Of a stretch of 64,000 nucleotides of DNA, positions 39,560 through 50,288 are shown in pieces (the stretch's first letter is position 1; every line of letters starts with the position of its first letter). The position numbers and the translations under genes are program-made. The stretch is taken from the NCBI GenBank assembly GCA_963667845.2, contig CAXXVL010000002.1, positions 2,880,001 through 2,944,000 of the forward strand, written 5' to 3'. Source of the DNA: Smithellaceae bacterium. Its GTDB lineage: Bacteria; Desulfobacterota; Syntrophia; Syntrophales; Smithellaceae. Below the pieces are notes generated by a model. It ran no database searches. It saw only the letters and a program-made list of their open reading frames with translations, and was not told the origin of the DNA.

Positions 39560-40284
39560 TGAGCGATAAGACGAAAGTCGCCTATAAAAGAGTCCTCCTG
39601 AAGCTCAGCGGAGAAGCACTTCTCGGAAAGCAGTCCGGAGGCGTCGATCCCGCTGTTGCGAACTACATCGCTGAAGAAATAAAGTCTCTGTCTGACCTTA
39701 AAATTCAGATCGGCATTGTTATCGGGGGAGGGAACATTTTCCGCGGCATCGAAGCCAGTGCTAAAGGGATGGACAGAACAACCGCTGATTACATGGGTAT
39801 GCTGGCAACGGTCATCAACAGTCTTGCTCTGCAGAGTGCTCTGGAAATGCGCGGTCTGCCGACGCGCGTTCAGTCGTCGATCGAAATGAGAGAGATCGCT
39901 GAGCCTTTTATTCAGCGCAGGGCCGTTCGGCATTTGGAAAAAGGAAGAATTGTCATATTCGCCGGTGGAACAGGAAATCCTTATTTTTCCACGGATACGG
40001 CAGCATCCTTGAGAGCGATGGAAATCCGTGCGGATGTTATTATGAAGGCGACGAAAGTAGACGGGGTCTACAATGTGGACCCGATAAAAAATAAGTCCGC
40101 TGTCATGTTTAAAAAAATAAGTTATATCGACGTCTTGACGAGAAATCTTAAAGTAATGGATTCGACCGCTATTACTCTTTGCAGAGACAACTCTTTGCCC
40201 ATCATTGTATTTAATTTGCAGAAGAAGGGGAACATTCGGGCGGCTATTTGTGGTAAAAAAATTGGAACTTACGTAGGAGAATGA
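39559..40284 (+). CDS. pyrH: UMP kinase
   Basis: [25 protein letters not shown]. Confidence 0.98.
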   Translation: MSDKTKVAYKRVLLKLSGEALLGKQSGGVDPAVANYIAEEIKSLSDLKIQIGIVIGGGNIFRGIEASAKGMDRTTADYMGMLATVINSLALQSALEMRGLPTRVQSSIEMREIAEPFIQRRAVRHLEKGRIVIFAGGTGNPYFSTDTAASLRAMEIRADVIMKATKVDGVYNVDPIKNKSAVMFKKISYIDVLTRNLKVMDSTAITLCRDNSLPIIVFNLQKKGNIRAAICGKKIGTYVGE

Positions 40285-40844
40285 TCATGAAAGAGCAGAT
40301 TTTTCAGAAATTCAAGGAAGAGATGGAAAGAACAATATCTTCTCTGGAGAAATCATTCAGCAGAGTAAGAACCGGTCGGGCGTCTGTCTCACTGCTGGAT
40401 GGGATTAAGGTGGATTATTACGGAACGCCGACCCCGATTGCCCAGGTGGCAACACTTTCCGTTCCGGAAAGTCGTCTCATCGTGATTGCACCCTGGGATG
40501 CAACAGCGATCGGCGCAATTGAAAAAGCCATTCAAAAGTCCGATCTGGGACTGATGCCCTCTTCCGACGGCAAGGTCATTCGCCTCTCTATTCCGCAATT
40601 AACGGAAGAGAGACGTAAGGAACTCGTGAAAGTCGTCAAGAAGATGGCTGAAGAAGGTAAAGTAAAGTTGCGTAATGAGCGCCGTGATGCCAATGAGTCA
40701 CTAAAGGAATTGAAAAAGAACAATAAAATGTCCGAGGACGAGCTACACGCTGCGCAAGAAGAAGTTCAAAAGTTGATCGATCGCTATATCGAAAAGACAG
40801 AAAAGATTTTGACGGTCAAAGAAAAAGAAATCATGGAGATTTAA
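40281..40844 (+). CDS. frr: Ribosome recycling factor
   Basis: [19 protein letters not shown]. Confidence 0.98.
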   Translation: MIMKEQIFQKFKEEMERTISSLEKSFSRVRTGRASVSLLDGIKVDYYGTPTPIAQVATLSVPESRLIVIAPWDATAIGAIEKAIQKSDLGLMPSSDGKVIRLSIPQLTEERRKELVKVVKKMAEEGKVKLRNERRDANESLKELKKNNKMSEDELHAAQEEVQKLIDRYIEKTEKILTVKEKEIMEI

Positions 40845-40867
40845 ATTCGGCTGCAGAAAGATAACTC

Positions 40868-40899
40868 AATGGGGAGTCAAAAGCTCCCCATTTGTTTTT
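40868..40899 (+). terminator. Intrinsic terminator after frr
   Basis: AATGGGGAG/CTCCCCATT followed by a T-rich tail. Confidence 0.75.
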
Positions 40900-40917
40900 G
40901 GGAATCGGTAGAGCAAG

Positions 40918-41655
40918 ATGTCAAAGATTGATCAAAATAACCTGCCTCGGCATATTGCCATTATCATGGATGGCAACGGAAGGTGGGCGAAACAGCATGC
41001 CATGGGACGAATCCGAGGACATAAAAAAGGGGCTCAAGCCGTTAAGACTACTGTGACCGCCTGTCGGGAAATGGGGATTCAGTACCTGACTCTTTTTGCT
41101 TTCTCTTCGGAGAACTGGGGCAGGCCAAGCGATGAAATCGATGCGCTGATGTCTTTACTGGAGGAGTACCTGGACGGCGAAGCGCCGACCCTTCAAAAGC
41201 AGGAAATCAAGCTCTCGACCATCGGTGAAATCGACCGGCTTTACAAACCGGTAAAGGAAAAGCTTCTGGATGTGAAGAAACTTACAGAAAAGAACGCCAA
41301 GATGGTATTGAATCTCGCCTTAAGCTATGGCAGCCGTGATGAGATTGTTTTTGCTTTGAAGCGGATGATTGCCGATACTCGGGAAGGAAGACTCAGGTTC
41401 GATGATATCGATCAGGATACGGTTGGCCGATATTTATTCACGGGAGACATGCCCGATCCCGATCTGCTGATCCGTACCAGCGGAGAATATCGCATCAGCA
41501 ATTTTCTTCTCTGGCAGTTGGCCTATACAGAATTATATTTTACCGATGTTCTATGGCCCGATTTCACAAAGAGTGACTTGCTGAAAGCTATAGTCGCTTA
41601 TCAGAGCCGGGAACGGCGGTACGGATTGACTGGTGAGCAAATCAGGAGCAAATAG
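40918..41655 (+). CDS. uppS: Undecaprenyl diphosphate synthase
   Basis: IMDGNGRWA, FSSENW, IRTSGEYRISNF. Confidence 0.97.
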   Translation: MSKIDQNNLPRHIAIIMDGNGRWAKQHAMGRIRGHKKGAQAVKTTVTACREMGIQYLTLFAFSSENWGRPSDEIDALMSLLEEYLDGEAPTLQKQEIKLSTIGEIDRLYKPVKEKLLDVKKLTEKNAKMVLNLALSYGSRDEIVFALKRMIADTREGRLRFDDIDQDTVGRYLFTGDMPDPDLLIRTSGEYRISNFLLWQLAYTELYFTDVLWPDFTKSDLLKAIVAYQSRERRYGLTGEQIRSK

Positions 41656-41680
41656 TTTTTTATACAAAAGGTGAATCATC

Positions 41681-42493
41681 GTGATAAAGAACTCGAATCT
41701 GCAAAGATGGCTGACCGGCCTTGTTTTAGCTGCAGCAATACTCTTGATAATCTTGTTTGGCTCACTTGAACTTGTGGCGGTCATCATTACACTGGCTGCC
41801 GGCGTGGGTACCTGGGAATACACGAGTATTGTTTTTGGGCGGGGGTTCCTAAAGGAAAAAATTGAGAGTCTGGTCTTCGCAATCCTTATTCCATGCGTCG
41901 CACTTTTTGGCAGCGCGCAAGAATTGATAGCACTTCTGTCGTTTGCGGTCATCGTCATTTTCATTGTTTTTCTCTGGCGAGTCAATGAAACCAACTTTGA
42001 TATATCCCGGGTAGCCAAAGTCATTTTTGGTTTAGTTTATATTCCTTTGCTGACCTCACACTTCATTTTTTTGCGGAAACTGGACAACGGTGTTTATTGG
42101 ATTTTGATCGTGCTGGTCATCGGGATCGTCGGCGATACCGTGGCAATGTACGTTGGGAAGACTTTGGGCAAAAGAAAGCTCATTGCGCTGGTCAGTCCGG
42201 GTAAAACTGTGGAAGGAACAATCGGTCTCATAGTGGGCGCCACCATTGCCGCCTGTCTGTTCGGGTATTTCCTGATTCCCGGGGTATCTATTGTTCACTT
42301 TGTGGTTATTGGTTTTGTGGGCAGTATCATCGGTCAGTTGGGCGACCTTTGCGAATCCGCGATCAAGCGAAATTATGGCAAGAAAGATGCCGGTGCTCTT
42401 TTACCGGGGCACGGAGGATTGATGGATCGTTTGGACAGTCTGATATTTTTGGCTCCTTTTGTCTACTATTATCGAATCCTTGTAATTGGATGA
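41681..42493 (+). CDS. cdsA: Phosphatidate cytidylyltransferase
   Basis: SPGKTVEG, GDLCESAIKR, KD..LPGHGGLMDRLDS. Confidence 0.96.
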   Translation: MIKNSNLQRWLTGLVLAAAILLIILFGSLELVAVIITLAAGVGTWEYTSIVFGRGFLKEKIESLVFAILIPCVALFGSAQELIALLSFAVIVIFIVFLWRVNETNFDISRVAKVIFGLVYIPLLTSHFIFLRKLDNGVYWILIVLVIGIVGDTVAMYVGKTLGKRKLIALVSPGKTVEGTIGLIVGATIAACLFGYFLIPGVSIVHFVVIGFVGSIIGQLGDLCESAIKRNYGKKDAGALLPGHGGLMDRLDSLIFLAPFVYYYRILVIG

Positions 42494-43659
42494 TGAAGAA
42501 AATAACCCTTTTAGGATCAACGGGTTCTATCGGTGTCAGTGCCCTCAGCGTCATTGATAAGAATCCTGAAAAATTTAAAGTCGTGGCTCTGGCGGCTGGC
42601 CGCAATGTCCGGCTCTTGGCCCGGCAAATCTTAAAATTTCGGCCGAAGCTTGTGTCTGTGCAATCCAGGCAGGATGCAGAGCGGCTCCGCCAAATTTTGG
42701 AACCCGGGAAGGACGTTCATATCGTTTATGATGAAAAGGGTGCTGAGGAGGTTGCCTCCTATGCGGCATCCGACATCGTTCTTTCAGCCATTTCCGGTGC
42801 TGCAGGGTTGAAACCGACGCTGGCGGCGATTGAGGCGCGCAAGGACATTGCCCTGGCAAATAAGGAGACAATGGTCATCGCCGGTCATGTCGTAACGAAG
42901 AAAGCGCGGGAGAAAGGGGTTAAGATTCTTCCTGTAGACAGTGAGCATAGCGCGATATTTCAGTGTTTGACGGGGCAGAGGCCGGCCAATTTGAAACGGA
43001 TCATTCTTACGGCGTCGGGCGGTCCTTTCTATAATTTGTCGCGGGATGATTTGAAGAAAGTGACGTTGCGGCAGGCACTCAAGCACCCGCGTTGGAAAAT
43101 GGGTCGGAAGATCACGATTGACTCGGCTTCCCTGATGAACAAGGGATTGGAAGTGATTGAGGCGAAATGGTTATTCAATCTGGACATCGCCCGAATCGAT
43201 GTATTGATCCATCCACAGAGTATCGTTCATTCGCTGATTGAACTCATCGATGGGTCCGTCTTGGCGCAACTGGGCATTGCCGACATGAAAATCCCGATTG
43301 CATATGCTTTTGCGTATCCGGATCGGCTGGCGAATGATCTGCCGTCATTGAATCTAGCTAAAACCGGCCCGCTGGACTTTAATCAGCCGGACATGAAGAA
43401 ATTTCCCTGTCTCAGGCTGGCTTATGAAGCGGGACGCTCGGGCGGGACGGCCACGGTGGCGTTAAATGCTGCGAATGAAGCGGCTGTCGCTGCATTTATC
43501 GAAAATAAGATTTGCTTTAATGATCTTCCGAAAGTAATAGAAAAAATATTGGATCATCACCAAATCATGAATGATCCATCCCTGGAAGACATTCTGGGTA
43601 CTGACCGTGAAGTCAGAATACGGACACAGAGCGTTATTAAAAAGTTGAAGAAAGGATGA
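42490..43659 (+). CDS. dxr: 1-deoxy-D-xylulose-5-phosphate reductoisomerase
   Basis: LGSTGSIG, LANKE, PVDSEH, TASGGPF, MNKGLEVIEA. Confidence 0.97.
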   Translation: MMKKITLLGSTGSIGVSALSVIDKNPEKFKVVALAAGRNVRLLARQILKFRPKLVSVQSRQDAERLRQILEPGKDVHIVYDEKGAEEVASYAASDIVLSAISGAAGLKPTLAAIEARKDIALANKETMVIAGHVVTKKAREKGVKILPVDSEHSAIFQCLTGQRPANLKRIILTASGGPFYNLSRDDLKKVTLRQALKHPRWKMGRKITIDSASLMNKGLEVIEAKWLFNLDIARIDVLIHPQSIVHSLIELIDGSVLAQLGIADMKIPIAYAFAYPDRLANDLPSLNLAKTGPLDFNQPDMKKFPCLRLAYEAGRSGGTATVALNAANEAAVAAFIENKICFNDLPKVIEKILDHHQIMNDPSLEDILGTDREVRIRTQSVIKKLKKG

Positions 43660-43663
43660 CAGT

Positions 43664-44755
43664 TTGGTTACCTTAATTTCTTTTATTGTTTTGCTGGGTA
43701 TTCTGATTTTTGCTCATGAACTCGGTCATTTTCTTGCCGCACGTTTGGGCGGAGTCGGGGTATTAAAATTCTCGCTGGGATTTGGTCCCAAAATTATCGG
43801 TAAAAAGATAGGCGAAACGGAGTACGTTCTTTCCTGGATACCCCTCGGGGGATTTGTAAAACTGTTGGGTGAATCAGGTACTGAGGAATTGCCGCCGGAA
43901 GACGAAAAAAGGTCTTTCTTTAAGCAGCCGACCTGGAAGCGACTTCTTATCGTGCTGGCCGGACCTATCTTCAACTTTCTTCTCGCCATCGTCATTTTCT
44001 TTATCGTTTATATGTACGGACTGCCCAATCTTATTCCTGTCATCGGAGACATGACACCTGATTCGGCGGCTCGAGCAGCAGGATTAGTATCGGGAGATAA
44101 GATCATTTCCATCAATGATAAGGAAACAACTTATTGGGATCAAATAAAGCCGATCATCAAGGAATCCAAGGGTAGTGAAGTTAAAGTGCGTATTTTGCGC
44201 GGTCAGGAAGAAAAAGTCTTTACGGTGAAACCGAGACTGTCCAAATCAAAAAATATCTTCGGCGAAGAGGAATCAACTTACCTCATCGGCGTTTCGCCTG
44301 CGGGTAAGGTAGTTATTGAAAGAAAGAACCCTCTGACTGCCATGATTTCTTCCGTCGACAAGACGTGGGAAATAAGCAAATTAACGCTTATTTCTGTTGT
44401 GAAAATGATTGAAGGCGTCATCTCGCCCCGAACCCTCGGCGGGCCGATCTTCATCGCACAGGTGGCGGGCGATCAAGTCAAGGAAGGGATCATCCCGTTC
44501 ATCCTTTTCATGGCTATTCTCTCCATTAATTTAGGAGTTATCAATTTGTTTCCCATCCCCGTTCTGGATGGAGGCCATATATTCTTTTACCTTATCGAAA
44601 TGGTAACCCGAAAGGAAATTCCTCTCAAGATTAAGGAAATATCCCAACAGATCGGTTTTGTTGTTTTACTGATGCTGATGCTTTTTGTTATCATGATCGA
44701 CATTGAGCGGCTCAATATCAAACCGATCAATGACGTTTTGAAATTCTTTAAATAA
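43664..44755 (+). CDS. rseP: RIP metalloprotease RseP
   Basis: HELGH, PDZ domain, NLFPIPVLDGG. Confidence 0.96.
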   Translation: MVTLISFIVLLGILIFAHELGHFLAARLGGVGVLKFSLGFGPKIIGKKIGETEYVLSWIPLGGFVKLLGESGTEELPPEDEKRSFFKQPTWKRLLIVLAGPIFNFLLAIVIFFIVYMYGLPNLIPVIGDMTPDSAARAAGLVSGDKIISINDKETTYWDQIKPIIKESKGSEVKVRILRGQEEKVFTVKPRLSKSKNIFGEEESTYLIGVSPAGKVVIERKNPLTAMISSVDKTWEISKLTLISVVKMIEGVISPRTLGGPIFIAQVAGDQVKEGIIPFILFMAILSINLGVINLFPIPVLDGGHIFFYLIEMVTRKEIPLKIKEISQQIGFVVLLMLMLFVIMIDIERLNIKPINDVLKFFK

Positions 44756-44756
44756 T

Positions 44757-45449
44757 ATGTTGATTCTAGCTTTTGATACGTCTTCCAAAACAGCCGCAGT
44801 TTCCGTGTTGCGGGATCAGACCGTTTTATATGATACGACAATCAATAAGGGTTTAAATCATTCCGAAGTATTGCTTCCAGTCGTGGATGAGGCGTGCCGC
44901 CTCTTGAATGTCAAAATGGCGGAAATTGATTTATTTGCCTGCACGCTGGGTCCCGGATCTTTCACCGGATTACGCATCGGTATCAGTACGCTCAAGGGAT
45001 TAATGCTGGCGACGGGAAAGCCGGCAGCAGGCGTCTCTTCACTTTCGGCGCTGGCTCTCAATGCAGATCAAAAAGGAAGTATTATTTGTTCAATGATGGA
45101 TGCAGGGCGTGGCCAAGTCTATCTTGCTTACTATCAGTATGATAAGAATGGACTCTTGAGCCAACTTGAAGGTGCAAGGGCTATAGATCCGCATGATATT
45201 GTCGATCATTTCCGCGATGAAGTGATCTACGTCGGTGACGGTGCTATTAAATATGCAGACGTCATCCGTTCCCGAACAAAGCATAAATATGAAATAGCTT
45301 CGCCGGCGCAGCAATTTATATGCGGTTCTGCGGTTGGAATGCTCGCAATCGAAAAATTCCGCCGCGGTGAATTGCTTGACGCGTTCAGCTGTGCTCCTAT
45401 CTATTTAAGATCTGCCGATGCATTGACAAAAAAGCAAACGGTTTCCTAG
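44757..45449 (+). CDS. tsaB: tRNA threonylcarbamoyladenosine biosynthesis protein TsaB
   Basis: DTS, GPGSFTGLRIG, PIYLR. Confidence 0.95.
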   Translation: MLILAFDTSSKTAAVSVLRDQTVLYDTTINKGLNHSEVLLPVVDEACRLLNVKMAEIDLFACTLGPGSFTGLRIGISTLKGLMLATGKPAAGVSSLSALALNADQKGSIICSMMDAGRGQVYLAYYQYDKNGLLSQLEGARAIDPHDIVDHFRDEVIYVGDGAIKYADVIRSRTKHKYEIASPAQQFICGSAVGMLAIEKFRRGELLDAFSCAPIYLRSADALTKKQTVS

Positions 45450-45475
45450 GATGACGCCGTCAGACGACTTTCCTT

Positions 45476-46381
45476 TCAGACATTGTTCTCAATTTTAGAT
45501 AAGAGTCTATTAACTTTTTGGTTATGAGGGTTTAAAGAAAGTATAAAATTCAGCCTGCGGATAATATCGCTCACTTTGATATCCCCGCACGAGTCCCTGT
45601 AGAGCAAGTATTGGATATTGGCTAAATTGAGATTCGTTTCTTCATGAAAGGGATTCAAGGAGAGGGATTTGCGATAGGAGGCTATCGCTTCAGAATAATT
45701 CTTCCTGGCTTCATGAACCAAACCAACATTATTCCATGCATCTGCATTACTCGGATCGAGTTCCAAGACCTTATTAAACTGGTTCAAAGAAGCCTCATGG
45801 TTTCCCAGTTGGAAGCTGATTCTTCCCATGTTATAAAGAGCTTTAATGTGCTTCGGTTTAAAGCGGATGATCTCTGAATATTGATCAATTGCCTCTTCAT
45901 ACATATCATGATTGTCATATAAGACGGCCAGACAAAAGCGCGGGGCCTCATTATGGCCGTCCATTCCAATCGCCTTTTTATACTGATCAACCGCCCCGTT
46001 GTAATCCCCCTGCAGTTCCAATAAGTGACCGATATTAATAACGGCCTCTATGTTTTGAGTGTTTGAGGCTAGAGCTTTTTCATAATATCCTTTTGCAGAA
46101 TCGAACCTCTCCATCTTTTCATAGACATATCCGACATTATTGAAAGCTTCGGCCGTCTCCGGTTCAAGTTCCAGAACTTTCAGAAAACATTTCAATGCTG
46201 CCTCATAGTCTTCTTTGTCCAGATAGATGAATCCCATATTGATGTAAGCATCCGGAACATTTTCGCCTTTTGCTATAAGGTTTTGATAATGTGATATGAC
46301 AAGTTCATAATCCTTCGTGTGAACGTCATGCTGCTTTTTGGGCCTTTTTTTCTCGAGGAAGTCTTTGTCTTTTTTATTCAT
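45476..46381 (-). CDS. Tetratricopeptide-repeat protein
   Basis: About 7 TPR units (AYINMG, AFNNVG, ALYNMG, AWNNVG). Confidence 0.9.
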   Translation of the reverse strand: MNKKDKDFLEKKRPKKQHDVHTKDYELVISHYQNLIAKGENVPDAYINMGFIYLDKEDYEAALKCFLKVLELEPETAEAFNNVGYVYEKMERFDSAKGYYEKALASNTQNIEAVINIGHLLELQGDYNGAVDQYKKAIGMDGHNEAPRFCLAVLYDNHDMYEEAIDQYSEIIRFKPKHIKALYNMGRISFQLGNHEASLNQFNKVLELDPSNADAWNNVGLVHEARKNYSEAIASYRKSLSLNPFHEETNLNLANIQYLLYRDSCGDIKVSDIIRRLNFILSLNPHNQKVNRLLSKIENNV

Positions 46382-46406
46382 ACTATTCCATTATTTCAGT
46401 GATGTT

Positions 46407-48077
46407 TTAAACAGCTATTCTCTTTAATATACTATCTTTGATCTCGTTCCAAATGTAAACAGGATCAGCAAGCGGAGAGCTGGTCAATTGCGGATTCTTC
46501 TTGATGATTTGAGCGGCCCAAAACCCTGCCGACTTATTGACGCTCACACGGTTGAAAGTCTTTACCTGTTTTAGAATATCTTGTGGAATGGCCAGATGAA
46601 TTTTGTGTTCACCAATAATGACTTCATCGTTATTTTCGTGTTCGGTCTCCTGAGGATCTTTAACTTCCGGGGGATCCCGTTTTATTTCGGCGCCGGACAT
46701 TTCTGCCATCGCCGGTTTGGAATCTTTACTTGGCGGTTCATCAGGAGTTGGATCTTCGGGCAGTAAGGCATCTTGATTTTCTGTTTCCGTTGCGGGCGAC
46801 AATACGTGCGAGGCATCGTCCAATGGAGCGGCTTCTGCAACGTTATCGGAAACGGGCCCAGGAGTCGCAACGCGATTTCCCTCATCGGGGTTCGAACTCT
46901 CCCGAAAAAGCGGCTCAATAGGTGTAGTTTCAATCGCCTTGTCCGGAATGGATTCAGGAATGGGCCTGTCGCCACGTTTTTGCTGCACAGGCGCGGTATC
47001 GGACGGACATGGTGGTAATTCTTCAGCGATGGAATCATCCGCGGAAATCTGCGCCGAAGGAGAAGAATCGTGCGTTTCAGATTGAGACGTTGTCTGCAAA
47101 ACCCTATCCGTAAGTTCTTGTTCCGTATCATTCACTTCGGCTACGTTAGAGAACGGCTCTTTTTCTTTCGGTTCGGGATCGGGCTCGGCGATTTGGGGAA
47201 CTTCTTTATCCGTAGTAGGTCTGATTCGTGATTTACGCTTCTGGACGGCGGTTCCACTTAACTTTTGGAATCTTTCGGAAATTTCTAAAACCAGGTCCGA
47301 AGAGATGTAATCATAATTATTAATTTCACCTGCTTTTAAGCATAACTTGCATATCTTATTGACCAAACGCGGAACGCCATGCTCCGAATATTCCCAGAGG
47401 ATGGGAATGCTGTCGTCGGAAAAAATCTTTATTTTTGTGCCGGCCAGTTTCAGCCTGGCTTCAACATAGGCTCTCAGAGCCTCTTCTGATGGAAGCTTAT
47501 CGATTCGGCCGTAAGTTCCAATCCGCTGGAAGAGATTGGCTCGTTTGGGATGTTCCAGCCGTTGCGCCAACTCCATTTGTCCGGCCAAGACCAGCGTAAA
47601 AAGATTTCTGTGATCATCCTGTATATTCGTGAGAAGCCGTAAATTCTCCAGGTTTGCAGGAGAAAGCGTGTTTGCTTCATCGATAAAAATGACTATTTTT
47701 TTGCCTTCGTCGATTGTTGAGTATAAGAGGCGTCGGAATTTCTCCAGCAAAACGTTCTTTCTGCTTTCTTCGCACGGATGACCCGTTATCTGGCCAATGA
47801 TATCCGTCAGAAGCTGGGTAAAAGAAATTCCGGGGTTTGTAATGATCACTACCTTGTATTTATCCGGTTCCAGTGAATCAATAATCATGCGCAGGGAAAG
47901 TGTTTTGCCTGAACCCGCTGCTCCAATGATCACGGCGAATGACTCATCCGCTTCTTTGATTGCGAAAATTGTTTCGGGAATTACTTTCTCCATGGACGAA
48001 TGGCAATCCGTGTACATGGAGGGATCCGGCACGTTATCAAAAGGCGCCTTCTGTAAATTCCAGTATTCACAATACAT
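46407..48077 (-). CDS. ExeA/MshM-like AAA ATPase with a long low-complexity linker
   Basis: PFDNVPDP, GAAGSGKT, IFIDEA, LAGQ, GVPRLVN; P/E/D/S-rich region at about aa 290-480. Confidence 0.88.
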   Translation of the reverse strand: MYCEYWNLQKAPFDNVPDPSMYTDCHSSMEKVIPETIFAIKEADESFAVIIGAAGSGKTLSLRMIIDSLEPDKYKVVIITNPGISFTQLLTDIIGQITGHPCEESRKNVLLEKFRRLLYSTIDEGKKIVIFIDEANTLSPANLENLRLLTNIQDDHRNLFTLVLAGQMELAQRLEHPKRANLFQRIGTYGRIDKLPSEEALRAYVEARLKLAGTKIKIFSDDSIPILWEYSEHGVPRLVNKICKLCLKAGEINNYDYISSDLVLEISERFQKLSGTAVQKRKSRIRPTTDKEVPQIAEPDPEPKEKEPFSNVAEVNDTEQELTDRVLQTTSQSETHDSSPSAQISADDSIAEELPPCPSDTAPVQQKRGDRPIPESIPDKAIETTPIEPLFRESSNPDEGNRVATPGPVSDNVAEAAPLDDASHVLSPATETENQDALLPEDPTPDEPPSKDSKPAMAEMSGAEIKRDPPEVKDPQETEHENNDEVIIGEHKIHLAIPQDILKQVKTFNRVSVNKSAGFWAAQIIKKNPQLTSSPLADPVYIWNEIKDSILKRIAV

Positions 48078-48089
48078 AGGGTGTTCACT

Positions 48090-48362
48090 TTACTCTTTGT
48101 TTAATAGAAATCCGAGCATCGCCAGAAAGACAATTATCAATCCAAAACCGATAAATATGAAAGATACACTTGCGGTATCCGGATCGACGCTTCCCAATAT
48201 GGCTCTAATATTAAAAATATTGCCCCAGTAAAAAACGAAAACGTAACATAAAAACAGCCCCATTTTTACATAACCGAAAAGAAGAGCAACGGTCATAATG
48301 ATCAGCAAGAACATGATCTGATATGTCGGCACGGAAACCATTCCCTCAAATAAAGTTTCCAT
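48090..48362 (-). CDS. Small membrane protein (3 TM)
   Basis: AAAGGAG SD; hydrophobic. Confidence 0.75.
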   Translation of the reverse strand: METLFEGMVSVPTYQIMFLLIIMTVALLFGYVKMGLFLCYVFVFYWGNIFNIRAILGSVDPDTASVSFIFIGFGLIIVFLAMLGFLLNKE

Positions 48363-48512
48363 ATCGTGACTCCTTTCTTTTAAGACCGGTAAATCAAGGT
48401 GACCAAATTAAATGAAAAATGGGCGAAGAACAAATCTAAAGAGACCACACCATTTAGCATTTATACCTGATATTATTATCGAATGTATTACCTGGAAACT
48501 GAAGAGGCCATC

Positions 48513-48528
48513 TGTGATCAGTATCACT
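48513..48528. promoter_or_regulatory. CRP-type box at the end of the crp-like gene
   Basis: TGTGA-TCAGTA-TCACT (9/10 match to consensus). Confidence 0.6.
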
Positions 48529-49222
48529 AAAGTGTTTGTTTATCGAAAAAGGAAGGCTTTAACAAGAAGTACTTATGATCAATCATCTCAATCTCACCGG
48601 CTTTCATCATGGTGCTGATGATTCGGCTTGCGGTCTCTCTGGAAACTGCTGCAAAATTGGCCAGATCTTTATGGGTCAGTTTGATGTTGATGATGATGCC
48701 ATTTCTATCGGGCGTCCCAAATTTCTGACTGAATATTTTCAGCGCTGCCCGAACTTTATCCGCTGCTTCCGCAAATCCGAAAATGTTCAACATGGCCCAG
48801 GCATCACGGAGGCGGGAACACAAAAGATCGATTAGTTTTTGGAGGCTTTTCTCATTACTCATAATCAATTTGATAAAATTGCTTCTGGTAATGAACCCGA
48901 TTGTGCAATCCTCCATGGCTGCAATAGTTGCGGGAGATGTCTTTCCATCCAGAATGGCCATCTCACCGAAGTAATCATATCGCTTATGGATAGCCAGCAT
49001 CAGTTCCTTACCTGCTTCACTGTATCGGATGACCTTGACCCTTCCGGAAATAATAAAATAGAAGTAGGTGGCTTCATCTTCTTCGAGTAAGATAATTTGA
49101 TTCTTGAAGAATTTCTTGACAATAACGACGGCTTCTATTTCAGACAGCTCTCTGGGCGAAAGGCACGCCAGAAAAGGAATATTACCGCAAATTTTTAAAA
49201 AATCGTCGGAATTGAACTTCAT
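48527..49222 (-). CDS. Crp/Fnr-family transcriptional regulator
   Basis: cNMP-binding domain (SGRVK, YFGEMA) and HTH THKDLANFAAVSRETASR. Confidence 0.93.
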   Translation of the reverse strand: MKFNSDDFLKICGNIPFLACLSPRELSEIEAVVIVKKFFKNQIILLEEDEATYFYFIISGRVKVIRYSEAGKELMLAIHKRYDYFGEMAILDGKTSPATIAAMEDCTIGFITRSNFIKLIMSNEKSLQKLIDLLCSRLRDAWAMLNIFGFAEAADKVRAALKIFSQKFGTPDRNGIIINIKLTHKDLANFAAVSRETASRIISTMMKAGEIEMIDHKYFLLKPSFFDKQTL

Positions 49223-49328
49223 GGGGTTTTTTTACAAGAAATAGTTACAGATAGCAAATGCTTTATTGCGGGACGAATATAATATATAGAAACAGACAAG
49301 AACTGATATTGGAAATAACAGGTGTTTT

Positions 49329-50204
49329 ATGCTGCAAAGACACTTTAATCGAAAAACAGGAATGGATGTCAGAGCGCTCTGGCAATTGATCGTTATTGTC
49401 TTTCCGCTGATATTTTTGTTCTCGCCTCATGCAGCACAGTCGGACAGCACACCCCAACGTCAATTTCGCCTTTCCTCTTTGCTGAAAACCAGAGCTCCGA
49501 TAGCATCCGTAGAAATTAAAAATGTTTATCCGCATGATCCCAACGCCTTCACGCAAGGTCTGTTTTATTATCAAGGTTGTCTTTATGAATCGACCGGGTT
49601 GAATGGGAAATCTTTGTTATCCAAAAAGGAACTCAGGACGGGAAAGACGTTGCAGGAGGTAAGAATCGATCAAAAATATTTTGGCGAAGGCAGTGTCGTT
49701 CTGAAGAACAAGATTTATCAATTGACGTGGAGGAATGAAACCGTCCTGGTCTATGATGCCGGCTCTCTCCGATCAATCCGCGGAATGAAGTATCACGGGG
49801 ATGGGTGGGGGCTGACCACTGACGGTAAATATTTGCTGATGAGCAATGGTTCGTCAATCATCACGGTTCGTAAACCCGATACGTTTGGGGTCGTCAGGGA
49901 AATTCATATTCATGATGGAGATACCCGAGTTGACGGACTCAACGAACTGGAATTTATCAAAGGTGAAATATGGGCGAATATATTTACGGAAGATGTGATC
50001 GCGAGAATTTCTCCCCAAAACGGCAAAGTCACCGGCTGGATAGATTTATCCGTCCTTCGCACTTATCTTCCCCGTGATGTTCAGGTTGATGTTATCAATG
50101 GTATCGCCTATGATGCGGCGACAGACCGAATCTTTGTAACCGGCAAATACTGGCCGAAGGTATTTGAAATTCAGCTGACCAGCTCCAAAGGCAGAAAACC
50201 TTAA
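49329..50204 (+). CDS. Glutaminyl-peptide cyclotransferase (type II QC), exported
   Basis: FTQGL, YESTG, FGEG, GWG, LNELE, NGIAY, TGKYW; signal-like N-terminus (start may be 49362). Confidence 0.92.
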   Translation: MLQRHFNRKTGMDVRALWQLIVIVFPLIFLFSPHAAQSDSTPQRQFRLSSLLKTRAPIASVEIKNVYPHDPNAFTQGLFYYQGCLYESTGLNGKSLLSKKELRTGKTLQEVRIDQKYFGEGSVVLKNKIYQLTWRNETVLVYDAGSLRSIRGMKYHGDGWGLTTDGKYLLMSNGSSIITVRKPDTFGVVREIHIHDGDTRVDGLNELEFIKGEIWANIFTEDVIARISPQNGKVTGWIDLSVLRTYLPRDVQVDVINGIAYDAATDRIFVTGKYWPKVFEIQLTSSKGRKP

Positions 50205-50209
50205 TTAAC

Positions 50210-50238
50210 TTGACCGTCAATAGGTTTTGCATTATAAG
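50210..50238 (+). promoter_or_regulatory. adk promoter
   Basis: TTGACC-N17-TATAAG. Confidence 0.6.
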
Positions 50239-50288
50239 CCCGGCAGCTTACAGTATTCGATAATTATTGAGCTTGGGAGGATATAAAA

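Noticed and set aside
46640..47230. Tandem repeat or insertion in the ExeA linker
   Set aside because: Low-complexity protein sequence with no nucleotide periodicity or terminal repeats visible.
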